Notes under the pieces: generated by a model
Databases searched by the model: none
Told to the model about the DNA's origin: nothing
Seen by the model: only the letters and a program-made list of their open reading frames with translations
Position numbers and translations under genes: made by a program
Assembly (NCBI GenBank): GCA_035637095.1
Contig: DASPXX010000144.1
Location: forward strand, 7,578-71,577
Origin: Thermoanaerobaculia bacterium
GTDB taxonomy: Bacteria; Acidobacteriota; Thermoanaerobaculia; Multivoradales; UBA5704
Length of the DNA: 64,000 nt
Direction: 5' to 3'
Shown: positions 53,701 to 61,712 of the stretch, in pieces
Numbering within the stretch: position 1 is the stretch's first letter
Layout: every line of letters starts with the position of its first letter

Positions 53701-56700
53701 CGCCGGAGAGCGCGGGCGCCGCGGCAACGGTGGAGGAGCGGCCGGCCTCGCTCGTCGAGGAGCTGGTGGCCGCCCAGTGGGCGCAGGTGCTGCACCTTCC
53801 CGATCCCGCGGCCGTCTCCCTCGACCAGAGCTTCTTCGAGCTGGGCGGGCAGTCTCTCCTCGCCACCCGGCTGGTGGCGCGTCTGCGCGAGGCGCTGGAC
53901 GTCGAGCTGTCGCTCCAGGACCTCTTCGAGGCGCCCACGGTGGCCGGGCTCGCCGAGCGGGTGGAGGCCGCGCTGCGCGGCGGCCAAGCGGGGGCTCCCA
54001 TCGAGCGGATCCCCCGCGACGGCGACCTTCCCCTCTCCTCCGGCCAGCAGCGGCTCTGGTTCCTCGACCGCCTGGAGCCGGGTACCGCGACCTGGAACAT
54101 CCCGGCCGCGGTACGCCTGCGCGGCGACCTCGACGTCGCGGCCCTGACGGCGGCCCTGCGCGCCGTGGTCGCCCGCCACGAGGCGCTGCGCACCACGTTC
54201 ACCGCGGTGGGGGAGCTGGCCGTGCAGGTCATCGCGCCGGCCCTGGAGCTGGCTGTGCCGCGCGTCGATCTGGCGGCCCTGCCCGCGGCAATCCGCGACG
54301 CCGAGGCGCTCCGGCTCGCCGCCGCGGAGGCGGGGCGGCCGTTCGACCTGGCTGCCGGGCCGCTCGTCCGCATGACCCTGGTGCGGACGGAGAGCTGCGA
54401 GCATCTGGCGCTCGTCACCCTGCACCACATCATCGCGGACGGCGCCTCGGTGGAGGTCTTGCTGCGCGAGCTGGCCGCCCTCTACCCGGACGGCAAGTCG
54501 ACCGCGCTGCCCGAGCTGCCCATCCAGCCCGTGGACGTCGCGGCCTGGCAGGCGGCGCACCTGGCCTCCGTGGCGGAGGCGCGGCTCGCCTGGTGGCGCG
54601 AGCGTCTGGACGGCGCGCCGCCGCTCCTCGAGCTCCCCACGGACCGTCCGCGGCCGGCCCTCCAGAGCTTCCGCGGCGCCTCGCGCTCCTCCCTCCTGCC
54701 GCCCGCCCTGGCTGCCGGGGTCCGCGAGCTGGCGCTCGGCGAGAGCGCAACCCCGTACATGGTGCTCCTCGCCGCCTTCGCCGCCCTGCTCGGGCGCGAC
54801 TCCGGCCAGGACGACCTGCTGATCGGTACGCCGGCGGCCAACCGCCAGAGGATTGAGATCGAGCCGCTCATCGGGTTCTTCGTCAACACCCTGGTGGTGC
54901 GGGCCGCGGTGCCGCGCGCGGACGGCTTCCGCGCGCTGCTCAAACGCGTCCGCGCCGCCGCCCTGGGCGCCTGGGCGCACCAGGACCTCCCCTTTGAGCG
55001 GATCGTCGAGGAGCTGCGGCCGGAGCGCAGCCTGGGCCACCACCCTCTCTTCCAGGTGATGTTCACCCTGGAGCGGGACCCGGAGCGCATCCTGGAGCTC
55101 CCCGGCCTCGCCCTGAGCCTTCTCTCCACGGGTGTGGTCGCCGGCAAGTTCGATCTGGCGCTCTCCCTGTTCGAGACGTCCGCAGGCCTGCGCGCCGTGG
55201 TGGACTACCGGACCGACCTCTTCGACGGCGTCACGATCGACCGCCTGCTCGGCCGTTTCGAGCGGCTCCTCGCAGCCGCGCTGTCCGGTCCGGAGCGGCC
55301 GCTGGCGAGCCTCGATCTCCTCGCCGCGGGGGAGCGGCAGCAGCTTCTCGAATGGAGCGAGGGGCCGCCTCTGCCCGCGGCGGGGCTCGCCCACCGGCTC
55401 GTCGAGGAAAGCGCCGGCCGGGCGTCCGGCCGCGTGGCCCTGGTCTGCGGCGCGGAGGAGATCACCTACGGCGAGCTGGAGGCGCGGGCGAACCGGCTGG
55501 CCCGCCTCCTCCGCCGTCTGGGCGCGGCGTCCGGCGCGCGGGTCGGCGTGTCCCTCGGCCGGACGGTGTGGCTGCCGGTCTCGGTGCTGGCCGTCTTCAA
55601 GGCGGGGGGCGTCTGGGTGCCGCTGGACCCGGCGAGCCCGCCGGCGCGGCGGCGCTTCGTGGCCGAGGATGCGGGCGTCTCCTTCGTCCTCACCGACGAG
55701 CGCCTGCGGGAGCTGGAGGGGGAGATCGCGGCCGAGAGCCCGGCGCCGCTGGCGACCGGGCCGCGGGCCGGCGATCTGGCCTACCTCATCTACACCTCCG
55801 GATCGACCGGCCGGCCCAAAGGGGTGGCGGTGGAGCACGGCAGCCTGGCGGCCCTCCTCGGCGCCTGCCGTGCCGGGCTCGGCTGGACGGCGGACGACCG
55901 CCTGCCGTGCGTCGCGCCGTACTCGTTCGACATCTTCCTGTTCGAGCTCCTCGCGCCGCTCGCCGCGGGCGGCACCGTGGAGCTCCTGGAGACCCGTCCG
56001 GCGCTGGACCTGCGCGATCTCCTGGCGGCCCTCGCGCGGGCCACCCGGATGCACGCGGTGCCTGCGCTCATGCGCCAGGTCGTCGACGCCGCGGCCGAGG
56101 CGCCCGCCGGCCGCTTCGCCGCGCTGCGCACCCTGTGCGTGGGCGGCGACCGCGTGCCCCCCGAGCTGCTGGCCGACATGGCCCGGGTCTTCCCGCGGGC
56201 GGAGGTCCGGGTGCTCTACGGTCCCACCGAGGCCACGGTCCTCTGCGCCAGCCACCGTGCGGGCTCCTCCGCGGGTTCTTCCGCGGTATGGGACGAGCGG
56301 GCGTGGATCGGTCGGCCGCTGCCGGGGATGGCGCTGCGGCTGTGCGATGCGGACGGGGAGCCGGTCCCGATCGGCATCCCCGGCGAGATCTGGATCGGCG
56401 GCCCGGGGGTGGCCCGCGGCTACTGGAACCGTCCGGATCTCACGGCCGGGCGCTTCGTGGCGGCGGACGGCGGGCGCTGGGTGCGCAGCGGCGACCGGGC
56501 GCGCCGCCTGGCCGACGGCGCGCTGGAGTTCCTCGGCCGGGTGGACGAGCAGGTGAAGGTGCGCGGGTTCCGCGTCGATCCGCGAGAGATCGAGGCCGTG
56601 CTGCGCGAGCACCCGTTGGTCTTCGAGGCGGCGGTGCAGGCCGTCCCTGATGGCGCGGACGACCGCCGCCTGGTGGCCTGGGTGGTGGCGGAGGAGACGG

Positions 56701-59700
56701 AGGAGGCCCTGCGGTCGTGGCTGGCGGAGCGGCTGCCGGAATACATGATGCCCGCCGCGCTCGTCCTCCTGCCGGCCCTCCCCCTGACCGCGCACGGCAA
56801 GCTCGACCGCGCGGCGCTGCCGGTGCCCGTGGCCGGCGGTGGCGCGCGCCATGCCGCCTGGACGGCGCCGCGCACGCCCACCGAGCGCGAGCTGGCGGCG
56901 ATCTGGAGCGAGGTCCTGGAGGTGTCGCGGGTGGGGGCGGCCGACGACTTCTTCGCGCTGGGTGGCCATTCGCTCCTCGCCACCCGCATGATGGCGCGGG
57001 TGCGGGCGCGGCTCGGTGTCGAGCTGCCGCTGCGCGTCCTGTTCGAGGCGCCGGCCCTGGGGGCGTTCGCGGCCGCCGTGGACGCGGTCCGCGGCCGGGC
57101 CGCCGCGGCGGCCCACCTCGCGCCGGTGCCGCGCGGCGGCCCCCTGCCGGCCTCGCTCGCGCAGCGGCGGCTCTGGGTCCTCGACCAGCTGGAGCCCGGC
57201 GATCCGACCTACAACATGCCGCTGCCTGTGCGTCTCGCCGGCCGCCTCGATCCCGCGGCCCTCGGCGCGGCCCTGGCGGCGGTCGTGCGCCGCCACGAGA
57301 GCCTGCGCACGCGCTTCGCCGTGGGAGAGGACGGGCCGGTCCAGGAGATCCTGCCGCCGGAGGGCGAGGTCCCCCTGCCCCTGGTGGACCTGTCGGCTCT
57401 GCCGGCCGGGCGGCGCGAGGCGGCGGCCCGCGGGCTGGCGCGCCGGGAGGGGATGCTCCCCTTCGAGCTGAGGCGGGGGCCTCTGGTGCGCTTCACCCTC
57501 CTGCGGCTCGCCCCGCGGGAGCACGTGCTGCTCGCCACCCTGCACCACATGGTGGGAGACGGCTGGTCCATGGGCGTGGTGGTCCGCGAGATCGCCCGGC
57601 TCCTGGCCGGAGAGGGGAGCGCGGCGCTCCCCCCCCTCCCGGTCCAGTATGCCGACTGGGTGGCCTGGCAGCAGCGTCTGGTGGCGGCGGGAGAGCTCGA
57701 GGCCAGCCTCGGCTGGTGGCGGCAGCGGCTCGCCGGCGCCTCCGTCCCCGAGCTCCCGAAGGACCGCCCCTGGCGGCTGCCGGTCCGGCGGCCGGGCGGT
57801 CTGGTGAGCCTGGAGCTGCCCGACGGCCTGGCGGACGGGCTGCGCGGGATCGCTCGCGAGGTGGGAGCGACCCTCCACATGGTTCTGCTGTCCGGCTACC
57901 TGGCTCTCCTCGCGCGCTCCACCGGCCAGGAGGACCTGGTCCTCGGCACACCCCTGGTGAACCGCCGCAGCCCCGAGCTGGAGGGCGTGGTCGGCTTCTT
58001 CGTCAATACGCTGCCGCTGCGCTGCGACCTCTCGGGAGATCCGGCCTGTCGCGAGCTGCTGGTCCGGCTGCGCGAGGCGTGGCTCGATCTCCAGGCGCAC
58101 CAGGACGTGCCGCTCGAGCGACTCGTCCAGGAGCTGCGACCGGACCGCGGCTGGGGCGAGGTCCCGTTCTTCCGCACCGTCTTCTCCCTGGAGCGCTCGC
58201 CCCTGGCGGATCTCGCGGTTCCCGGCCTTCGGCTCGCGCCGTTCCCTGCGCACAACGGCACCGCCAAGTTCGATCTCATGGTCACCGTGGTCGAGACGGG
58301 GACGCGCCTCGCCGCCTGGGTCGAGCATGCCGCCGACGTCTTCGACCGCACCCGCGCGGAGCGGCTGCTGGCGCAGTACGCCACGCTCCTCGCCGCGGCC
58401 CGGGACGACCCGGCGCGGCCCCTGTCGCTCCTCGCCCTGCTGAGCGAGGCCGAGCGCCACCAGATCGCGGTCGAGTGGAACGACACGCGCACGGCCTTTC
58501 CGGACGACGCCTGTCTCCACGAGCTCTTCGCCCGCATGGTGGAGCGCTTCCCGGACCGCGTGGCCCTGCGCTTCGGCGAGCTCGCGATGACCTATGCCGA
58601 GCTGGGCCGGCGCGTCCGGCGGCTGGCGCACGCTCTCTCCGCCCGGGGCGTCGGGCCGGAAACGCCGGTGGCCCTCTTCCTGGAGCGCTCGCCGGAGCTG
58701 ATCGTGGCCCTGGTCGCGACGCTCCAGGCGGGCGGCGCCTGCCTGCCGGTCGACGCCGGGTACCCGCCGGAGCGCGTGGCCTGGATGCTGGACGACGCCG
58801 GGGTCCGCGTCGTCCTGACGCGCAGCGGGCTGGTGCCGCGCCTGCCGGAGATGGAGCGGCCGCTCGCGGTGGTGCGACTGGCTGCCGGCGCCTGGGACCG
58901 CGAGGAGGAGCTCCCGCCCGTCCCGGTGCATCCGGAGACCATGGCGGCGATCTTCTACACCTCGGGCTCCTCGGGGCGGCCCAAGGGGGTGGTGGCCACC
59001 CACCGCGGCACCGTCCGCCTCGTCCTCGAAGCCGGGTACGTCCATCTCGGACCGGAGGAGCGCCTCTGGCACGGATCGAACGTGTCGTTCGACGCCGCGA
59101 CCTTCGAGATCTGGGGCGCGCTGCTCCACGGTGGCTGCCTGATCGGGATCTCCCGCGACGACACCCTGGCGCCGGAGAGCCTGGAGCGGGCGATCCTGGA
59201 GAACGGGATCAGCGTCGCGTTTCTCACCACCGCCCTGTTCCACCAGGTCGCGGCGGTCCGGCCGGGCGCCTTCAGCACCCTGCGCGACCTCCTGGTGGGC
59301 GGCGAGGCGCTCGATCCGCGCAGCCTGGAGGCCGTGCTCGCGGCGGGCGGGCCGGGGCGGCTCGCCAACATCTACGGCCCCACCGAGGGCACGACCTATT
59401 CCACCTGGCACCCGGTCGGCGCCCTCGCCCCCGGCAGCTCCGGGGTGCCCATCGGCCGGCCGATCTCCAACGCCACGGCCTGGATCGTCGACCGCTGCGG
59501 CCGGCCGGTGCCGATCGGCGTCCACGGGGAGCTGTGGATCGGCGGCGCCGGTCTGTCCCGCGGCTACCTCGGGCGGCCGGACCTGACCGCCGGGCGCTTC
59601 CTGCCCGACGGGCTGTCCGGCGCGCCGGGCGCGCGCCTCTACCGCACCGGCGATCTGGTGACCTGCCGGCCCGACGGCGCCATCGAGTTCCTCGGGAGGA

Positions 59701-61706
59701 CGGATCACCAGGTCAAGATCCGCGGTTTTCGGATCGAGCCCGGGGAGATCGAGAAGGTGCTCGGGGACCATCCCTCGGTGCAGACCTCGATCGTGGTGAC
59801 CTGGGAGCCGGCGCCCGGCGACAAGCGGCTGGCCGCGTATGTGGCGGGCCGGGGAGGGATCCCGCCCGATCCCGCGCGGCTGCGCGAGCACCTGCGGGCG
59901 CGCCTGCCCGAGTTCATGGTGCCGGCGGCGATCGTGCCGATGGCGGTGCTGCCGCTCAACGCCAACGGCAAGGTGGACCGCCACGCCCTGCCCGATCCGC
60001 AGTCGGCCGCGCCCGCGCCGGGCTCCACCGCGGCATCCGCGCCGGTCTCGCCGGTGGCGGAGATCGTGGCCGGGATCTGGGCCGAGGTGCTGCGCGCCGA
60101 CCGGGTGGGACCGGACGATGATTTCTACACCCTGGGCGGGCATTCGCTGCTCGCCACCCTGGTGGTGTCGCGGGTGCGCCAGGCCTTCGGCCGGGAGGTG
60201 CCGCTGCGCGCCCTGCTCGAGGCGCCGGACCTGGCGGGCTTCGCGCGCGCGGTAGAGGAGGAGGTCGAGCGCGGCCGGTGGACCGCCGCGGCGCCGCCGA
60301 TCGCCCCGGTGCCGCGAGGTCCGGAGGATACCGGAGCCCCCCTCTCGCTCGCGCAGCGCCGCCTCTGGTACATGGACCGGCTGGAGCCGGGCGATCCCGC
60401 GTACAACATCCCCGCAGCCCTGCGGATCGCCGGCGATCTCGACCCCTCCCTCCTCGCGGCCAGCCTGAGCGAGATCGTCCGCCGGCACGAGACGCTGCGC
60501 TCCAGCTTTCCCGACGCGGCCGGCGTGCCGCAGCAGCGCATCGCTCCCCCCGCGCCGGTCCCCGTGCCGCGGGTCGACCTTGCGGCCCTGCCGGCGGCGC
60601 GGCGCGCCGTCCTCGCCGGGGAGCTCCTGGAGGCGGAGAACCGCCGTCCCTTCGACCTGGCGCGCGGACCTCTGCTGCGCGCCCTGCTGCTCTGCCTCGA
60701 CACGCGCGAGCACCTGGCGATCCTCACCGTGCACCACATCGTCAGCGACGGATGGTCGATGGAGATCCTCGTCCGCGAGTTGGGAGACCTCTATGCGGCG
60801 TTCGCCGCGGGCCGCCCCTCTCCCCTCCCCGGGCTGCCGTGCCAGTACTCCGACTTCGCCGTCTGGCAGCAGGAGTGGCTGGAGGAGGAGATCCGGCGGC
60901 AGCAGCTGCCGTACTGGCGGGACCGGCTGGCCGGCGCGCCCGCCGCCCTCGACCTGCCCATCGCCCGCCCGCGCACGGGGAGCCCGCTCGGCCGGTTCCG
61001 CAGCGGGCTCGGCACGGCCGTCCTGCCGGCCGCGCTCTGCCGCGAGCTGCGCGCCGTGGCCCGCCGCCACAACGCCACGCTCTTCATGGTCCTCCTCGCC
61101 GGTTGGAAGGCGCTGCTCCACCTCGTCTCGGGGCAGACCGACCTCCTGGTCGGCACGCCGATCGCCAACCGCCACCGCCGCGAGGTCGAAGAGCTCATCG
61201 GATTCTTCGTCAACACCCTCGTGCTGCGCACCGACCTGGCGGGCAATCCGAGCTTCGCCGAGCTGCTCTCCCGGGTCCGCCAGCGGACCCTGGAAGCCCA
61301 TGCGCACCAGGACCTCCCCTTCGACCGGCTCGTCGAGGAGCTGGAGCCGCCGCGCCTGCCGGGGCGCAACCCCTTCTTCCAGATCCTGTTCGACATGCTG
61401 AGCTTCCGGGGCGCCGAGGTCGACCTGCCGGGCGTCCACGTCGAGGTCCTCCCCCTCGTCGAGACCTCGGCCAAATTCGACATGACCCTCTATGTGGCGG
61501 AGGGGAGGGAGTCCATCGGGCTGCGCCTGGCCTTCAACGCGGACCGCTTCGAGGCCGCCGCCGTCGACCGCCTGCTCGCCGACTACGGCGCGCTGCTCGC
61601 CGAGGCGGTGCGCGATCCCGGGTTGCCGCTGTCCGCCCTGCTGCGCCCCCACGAGCACGAGGCCGGCCTGGTCGCCGCCTTCAACGAGGACTTCCAGGAG
61701 ATCTGA
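44718..61706 (+). CDS. Lipopeptide NRPS: FAAL-ACP-C-A-PCP-E-C-A-PCP-C-A-PCP-C-A-PCP-C (~5660 aa)
   Basis: FAAL LQYTSGSTG, WLPLYHDMGLI, LRTGDLG; carrier Ser motifs GVDS (~46554), GGDS (~49641), GGQS (~53853), GGHS (~56970, ~60144); HHxxxD motifs in the C/E domains; four A domains with YTSG/FTSG loops. Confidence 0.92.
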   Translation: MTGSCRGGERTLEDVSLQSNRPAGPWTLVELLESRAGIHPDRGYEILPDGEPGAALRLTYAELAHRARLIAAHLREAGAAGERVLLLFPPGLDFIAGFFGCLYAGAVAVPAYPPRPRRSDPRLASIAADCRPRAVLTISSILARAASLAEAVPPLAAARWIATDELPDDAGSDPVPAPAPSAPAFLQYTSGSTGTPKGVVVTHANLVHNEEMIRRAFRQSESSVVVGWLPLYHDMGLIGNVLQPLWVGCECVLMPPVAFLQKPLRWLAAIDRCRATTSGGPNFAYDLCVRKIAPAERETLDLSTWEVAFNGAEPVRAETLERFAEAFAPCGFRREAFVPCYGLAEATLLVTAASGRADRSSPGPVSCGAIPSGGEVRLVDPESGSDLPPGEVGEIWVAGPSVAAGYWDRPEETERMFRAALASGEGPFLRTGDLGFLSGGELFVAGRLKDLIILRGRNHYPQDVERTAEAGSPALRPGCTAAFSVDAGDEERLVVVAEVERHADAAAAVEAVRRAVAEEHEVQVHEVVLVRTGTIPRTSSGKIRRQACREGYLGGGLSVVTRGGVGGDDWEAGLEAGSSDLLAWLRGEIARLVRGRPESVDPALPLISLGVDSLAAVELQHAVESALGVAVSMPELLEGTTLAELAGVLEKRLAEVPRRWTQTAALLEGEQPLSFGQRGLWFLHRLAPEEGAYNLVAAARTEDLDPEALRRALAALCVRHASLRSVFVETGGEPARRVLAAPDLDFAVADAPAWDEAWRPFELAERPPVRVRLWRSSGGSEGAWIVLLAVHHLVADFWSLALMLEELGALYAAEKTGVPAVLPEPAAGYGDYVRWQRERLAGAEGERLWAYWRERLAGDLPHLDLPTDRPRPAVQSFRGVSRARLLPPDLAGGLERLGRERGATLFMVLATAFHALLHRASGQETILVGSPTAGREAPELAGVVGYFANPVVLRADFPENGLGFAGLLKAVRRDALGAFAHAALPFPLLTERLHPERDASRNPLFQAMLVLQKAHRAGVPGLAAFALGEEGPAVRLGPLSLAPVALAERRSPFDLMLMLAAVDGGLAAGLQVAADLFDPATAARLLGHFEVLLREIVADPEQRVEEIALLTAAEREEVLVRWNDTALDVPGGLTLVDLVEAQAERTPEAPAVIHGEEALTYRELMERADQLAATLRERGVGPEVRVGVCRERDLDLVVSLFGVLKAGGAYVPLDPAYPAERLRFMTEDSGAQVILDRTDRSDVPRSPRAVPRSLAYLIYTSGSTGRPKAVAIEHRSAVALVAWAREVFSAEDLAGVLFATSVCFDLSVFELFVPLSLGGTVILAPDALALPELPAAGRVTLINTVPSAMEQLVAGPLPASLRVVNLAGEPLPGDLVRRIHERRPEVRVYNLYGPSEDTTYSTGGPVPPGERVPSIGRPVANARVYLLDRRGGPVPVGVPGELWIGGAGLARGYLGRPDLTAERFRPDPLSGRPGERLYRTGDLACWRAGGEIDFLGRVDHQVKIRGFRIELGEVEAALREHPAVREAVVVARDHRAGRRLVAYVAGDLPPAGVTGALQSFLRERLPASMVPAAVVVLDALPRTPNGKVDRKALPEPATPDRTAGYAPPRDAREEALAAIWARTLGVEQVGIGDNFFALGGDSILSLQVVARAREAGLRLTAQQVFQHQTLAELAAAAGEGAAVASQAEVTGPVPLTPIQRWFFSLDPEEPWHFNQAVRVRARRALEPRVLEGALEALLRHHDALRLRFTRDADGAWHQEGEAWRQSSPLTVVDLAALPGATREAARAAAEAAVQAGFDLARGPLFRGLLFTGEETSTLLLTAHHLVVDGVSWRILLEDLHTAYTHLKLPAKTASFREHAERVATRADLPVAEGTGKAGEVRRATFTLPAPRGSGVELEDALLSAVVEAFARRTGESAPRLDLERHGRDSDLDLSRTVGWLTEIQGAGGGAVVVNYLGRLDGVFPAASPFATAEIADLPVHGPRNRRGHALAIDAWVLDGELTVRWEHAAGPEGDAAVRELAEACLDALREIVDRDAGLEDAYSVTPLQAGILMHALASPGSGAYVQQLSCALSGELDEAAFLSAWQRLVDRHTVLRTRFRARGLDEPVQEVLREARLPVEREDWSAMAPEERARRLAAYLEEDRARGFALDRAPLARLFLARTSAASWHLVLTYHHLLLDGWSLVLLLEELLSGAGDTPPPAPFREYVDWLRRWDGAPAEAFWRRVVGDFSAPTPLAADRPVPPPEERMRHGEARAQLPAAATAALAAAARRHQLTQGTLVAAAWALLLGHLSGEEDLVFGTVTSGRSAGLPGMERRVGLFINTLPLRLRAGLDAALLPWLRDVQARSAAALRHEHTPLVDVQAWSGVPPGRRLFDSILAFENYPVDAALHRGIGGLAVSGVHFVERIDYPTAVVVTPGEGLGLQMIYDRRMFQPATVARRLEQLRRLLEGIAERLGFPGVRLGDLPWLAEAERHQILLEWNDTRLPVASGGRLIHQLFEERAALEPAAVAVVSGGEVLTYGELDLRANRLARRLRASGVGRGSLVAVHLGRSAGMVVAVLGILKAGGAYVPVEVTLPPVRVRWIAGFLGLRWVVTETARLDALRAALGDPDLPHLVAVDRETPDVSEAPLAPVAAPDDLAYIIFTSGSTGTPKGVMVQHRPVLNLIEWVNGTFGVGPDDRVLFITALSFDLSVYDIFGLLAAGGSIHVAAERDVREPARLVRLLAGEPVTFWDSAPAALQQLVPFLPAEPQEAARLRLAFLSGDWIPLGLKDEVAAAFPRVRCVGLGGATEATVWSNVHRIETVEREWRSIPYGRPIRNARYHVLDAAIEPVAVGVAGDLYIGGPVLARGYAGEPELTAGKFVPDPFADEPGAVLYRTGDRARYFADGKLEFLGRLDHQVKIRGFRIELGEIEAALGDHPGVREALVLVREDTPGDRRLVAYVVPAAGPAPDPRELRTWVADRLPAYMVPAACVVLDALPVTANGKVDRKALPTPESAGAAATVEERPASLVEELVAAQWAQVLHLPDPAAVSLDQSFFELGGQSLLATRLVARLREALDVELSLQDLFEAPTVAGLAERVEAALRGGQAGAPIERIPRDGDLPLSSGQQRLWFLDRLEPGTATWNIPAAVRLRGDLDVAALTAALRAVVARHEALRTTFTAVGELAVQVIAPALELAVPRVDLAALPAAIRDAEALRLAAAEAGRPFDLAAGPLVRMTLVRTESCEHLALVTLHHIIADGASVEVLLRELAALYPDGKSTALPELPIQPVDVAAWQAAHLASVAEARLAWWRERLDGAPPLLELPTDRPRPALQSFRGASRSSLLPPALAAGVRELALGESATPYMVLLAAFAALLGRDSGQDDLLIGTPAANRQRIEIEPLIGFFVNTLVVRAAVPRADGFRALLKRVRAAALGAWAHQDLPFERIVEELRPERSLGHHPLFQVMFTLERDPERILELPGLALSLLSTGVVAGKFDLALSLFETSAGLRAVVDYRTDLFDGVTIDRLLGRFERLLAAALSGPERPLASLDLLAAGERQQLLEWSEGPPLPAAGLAHRLVEESAGRASGRVALVCGAEEITYGELEARANRLARLLRRLGAASGARVGVSLGRTVWLPVSVLAVFKAGGVWVPLDPASPPARRRFVAEDAGVSFVLTDERLRELEGEIAAESPAPLATGPRAGDLAYLIYTSGSTGRPKGVAVEHGSLAALLGACRAGLGWTADDRLPCVAPYSFDIFLFELLAPLAAGGTVELLETRPALDLRDLLAALARATRMHAVPALMRQVVDAAAEAPAGRFAALRTLCVGGDRVPPELLADMARVFPRAEVRVLYGPTEATVLCASHRAGSSAGSSAVWDERAWIGRPLPGMALRLCDADGEPVPIGIPGEIWIGGPGVARGYWNRPDLTAGRFVAADGGRWVRSGDRARRLADGALEFLGRVDEQVKVRGFRVDPREIEAVLREHPLVFEAAVQAVPDGADDRRLVAWVVAEETEEALRSWLAERLPEYMMPAALVLLPALPLTAHGKLDRAALPVPVAGGGARHAAWTAPRTPTERELAAIWSEVLEVSRVGAADDFFALGGHSLLATRMMARVRARLGVELPLRVLFEAPALGAFAAAVDAVRGRAAAAAHLAPVPRGGPLPASLAQRRLWVLDQLEPGDPTYNMPLPVRLAGRLDPAALGAALAAVVRRHESLRTRFAVGEDGPVQEILPPEGEVPLPLVDLSALPAGRREAAARGLARREGMLPFELRRGPLVRFTLLRLAPREHVLLATLHHMVGDGWSMGVVVREIARLLAGEGSAALPPLPVQYADWVAWQQRLVAAGELEASLGWWRQRLAGASVPELPKDRPWRLPVRRPGGLVSLELPDGLADGLRGIAREVGATLHMVLLSGYLALLARSTGQEDLVLGTPLVNRRSPELEGVVGFFVNTLPLRCDLSGDPACRELLVRLREAWLDLQAHQDVPLERLVQELRPDRGWGEVPFFRTVFSLERSPLADLAVPGLRLAPFPAHNGTAKFDLMVTVVETGTRLAAWVEHAADVFDRTRAERLLAQYATLLAAARDDPARPLSLLALLSEAERHQIAVEWNDTRTAFPDDACLHELFARMVERFPDRVALRFGELAMTYAELGRRVRRLAHALSARGVGPETPVALFLERSPELIVALVATLQAGGACLPVDAGYPPERVAWMLDDAGVRVVLTRSGLVPRLPEMERPLAVVRLAAGAWDREEELPPVPVHPETMAAIFYTSGSSGRPKGVVATHRGTVRLVLEAGYVHLGPEERLWHGSNVSFDAATFEIWGALLHGGCLIGISRDDTLAPESLERAILENGISVAFLTTALFHQVAAVRPGAFSTLRDLLVGGEALDPRSLEAVLAAGGPGRLANIYGPTEGTTYSTWHPVGALAPGSSGVPIGRPISNATAWIVDRCGRPVPIGVHGELWIGGAGLSRGYLGRPDLTAGRFLPDGLSGAPGARLYRTGDLVTCRPDGAIEFLGRTDHQVKIRGFRIEPGEIEKVLGDHPSVQTSIVVTWEPAPGDKRLAAYVAGRGGIPPDPARLREHLRARLPEFMVPAAIVPMAVLPLNANGKVDRHALPDPQSAAPAPGSTAASAPVSPVAEIVAGIWAEVLRADRVGPDDDFYTLGGHSLLATLVVSRVRQAFGREVPLRALLEAPDLAGFARAVEEEVERGRWTAAAPPIAPVPRGPEDTGAPLSLAQRRLWYMDRLEPGDPAYNIPAALRIAGDLDPSLLAASLSEIVRRHETLRSSFPDAAGVPQQRIAPPAPVPVPRVDLAALPAARRAVLAGELLEAENRRPFDLARGPLLRALLLCLDTREHLAILTVHHIVSDGWSMEILVRELGDLYAAFAAGRPSPLPGLPCQYSDFAVWQQEWLEEEIRRQQLPYWRDRLAGAPAALDLPIARPRTGSPLGRFRSGLGTAVLPAALCRELRAVARRHNATLFMVLLAGWKALLHLVSGQTDLLVGTPIANRHRREVEELIGFFVNTLVLRTDLAGNPSFAELLSRVRQRTLEAHAHQDLPFDRLVEELEPPRLPGRNPFFQILFDMLSFRGAEVDLPGVHVEVLPLVETSAKFDMTLYVAEGRESIGLRLAFNADRFEAAAVDRLLADYGALLAEAVRDPGLPLSALLRPHEHEAGLVAAFNEDFQEI

Positions 61707-61712
61707 CGCGGC

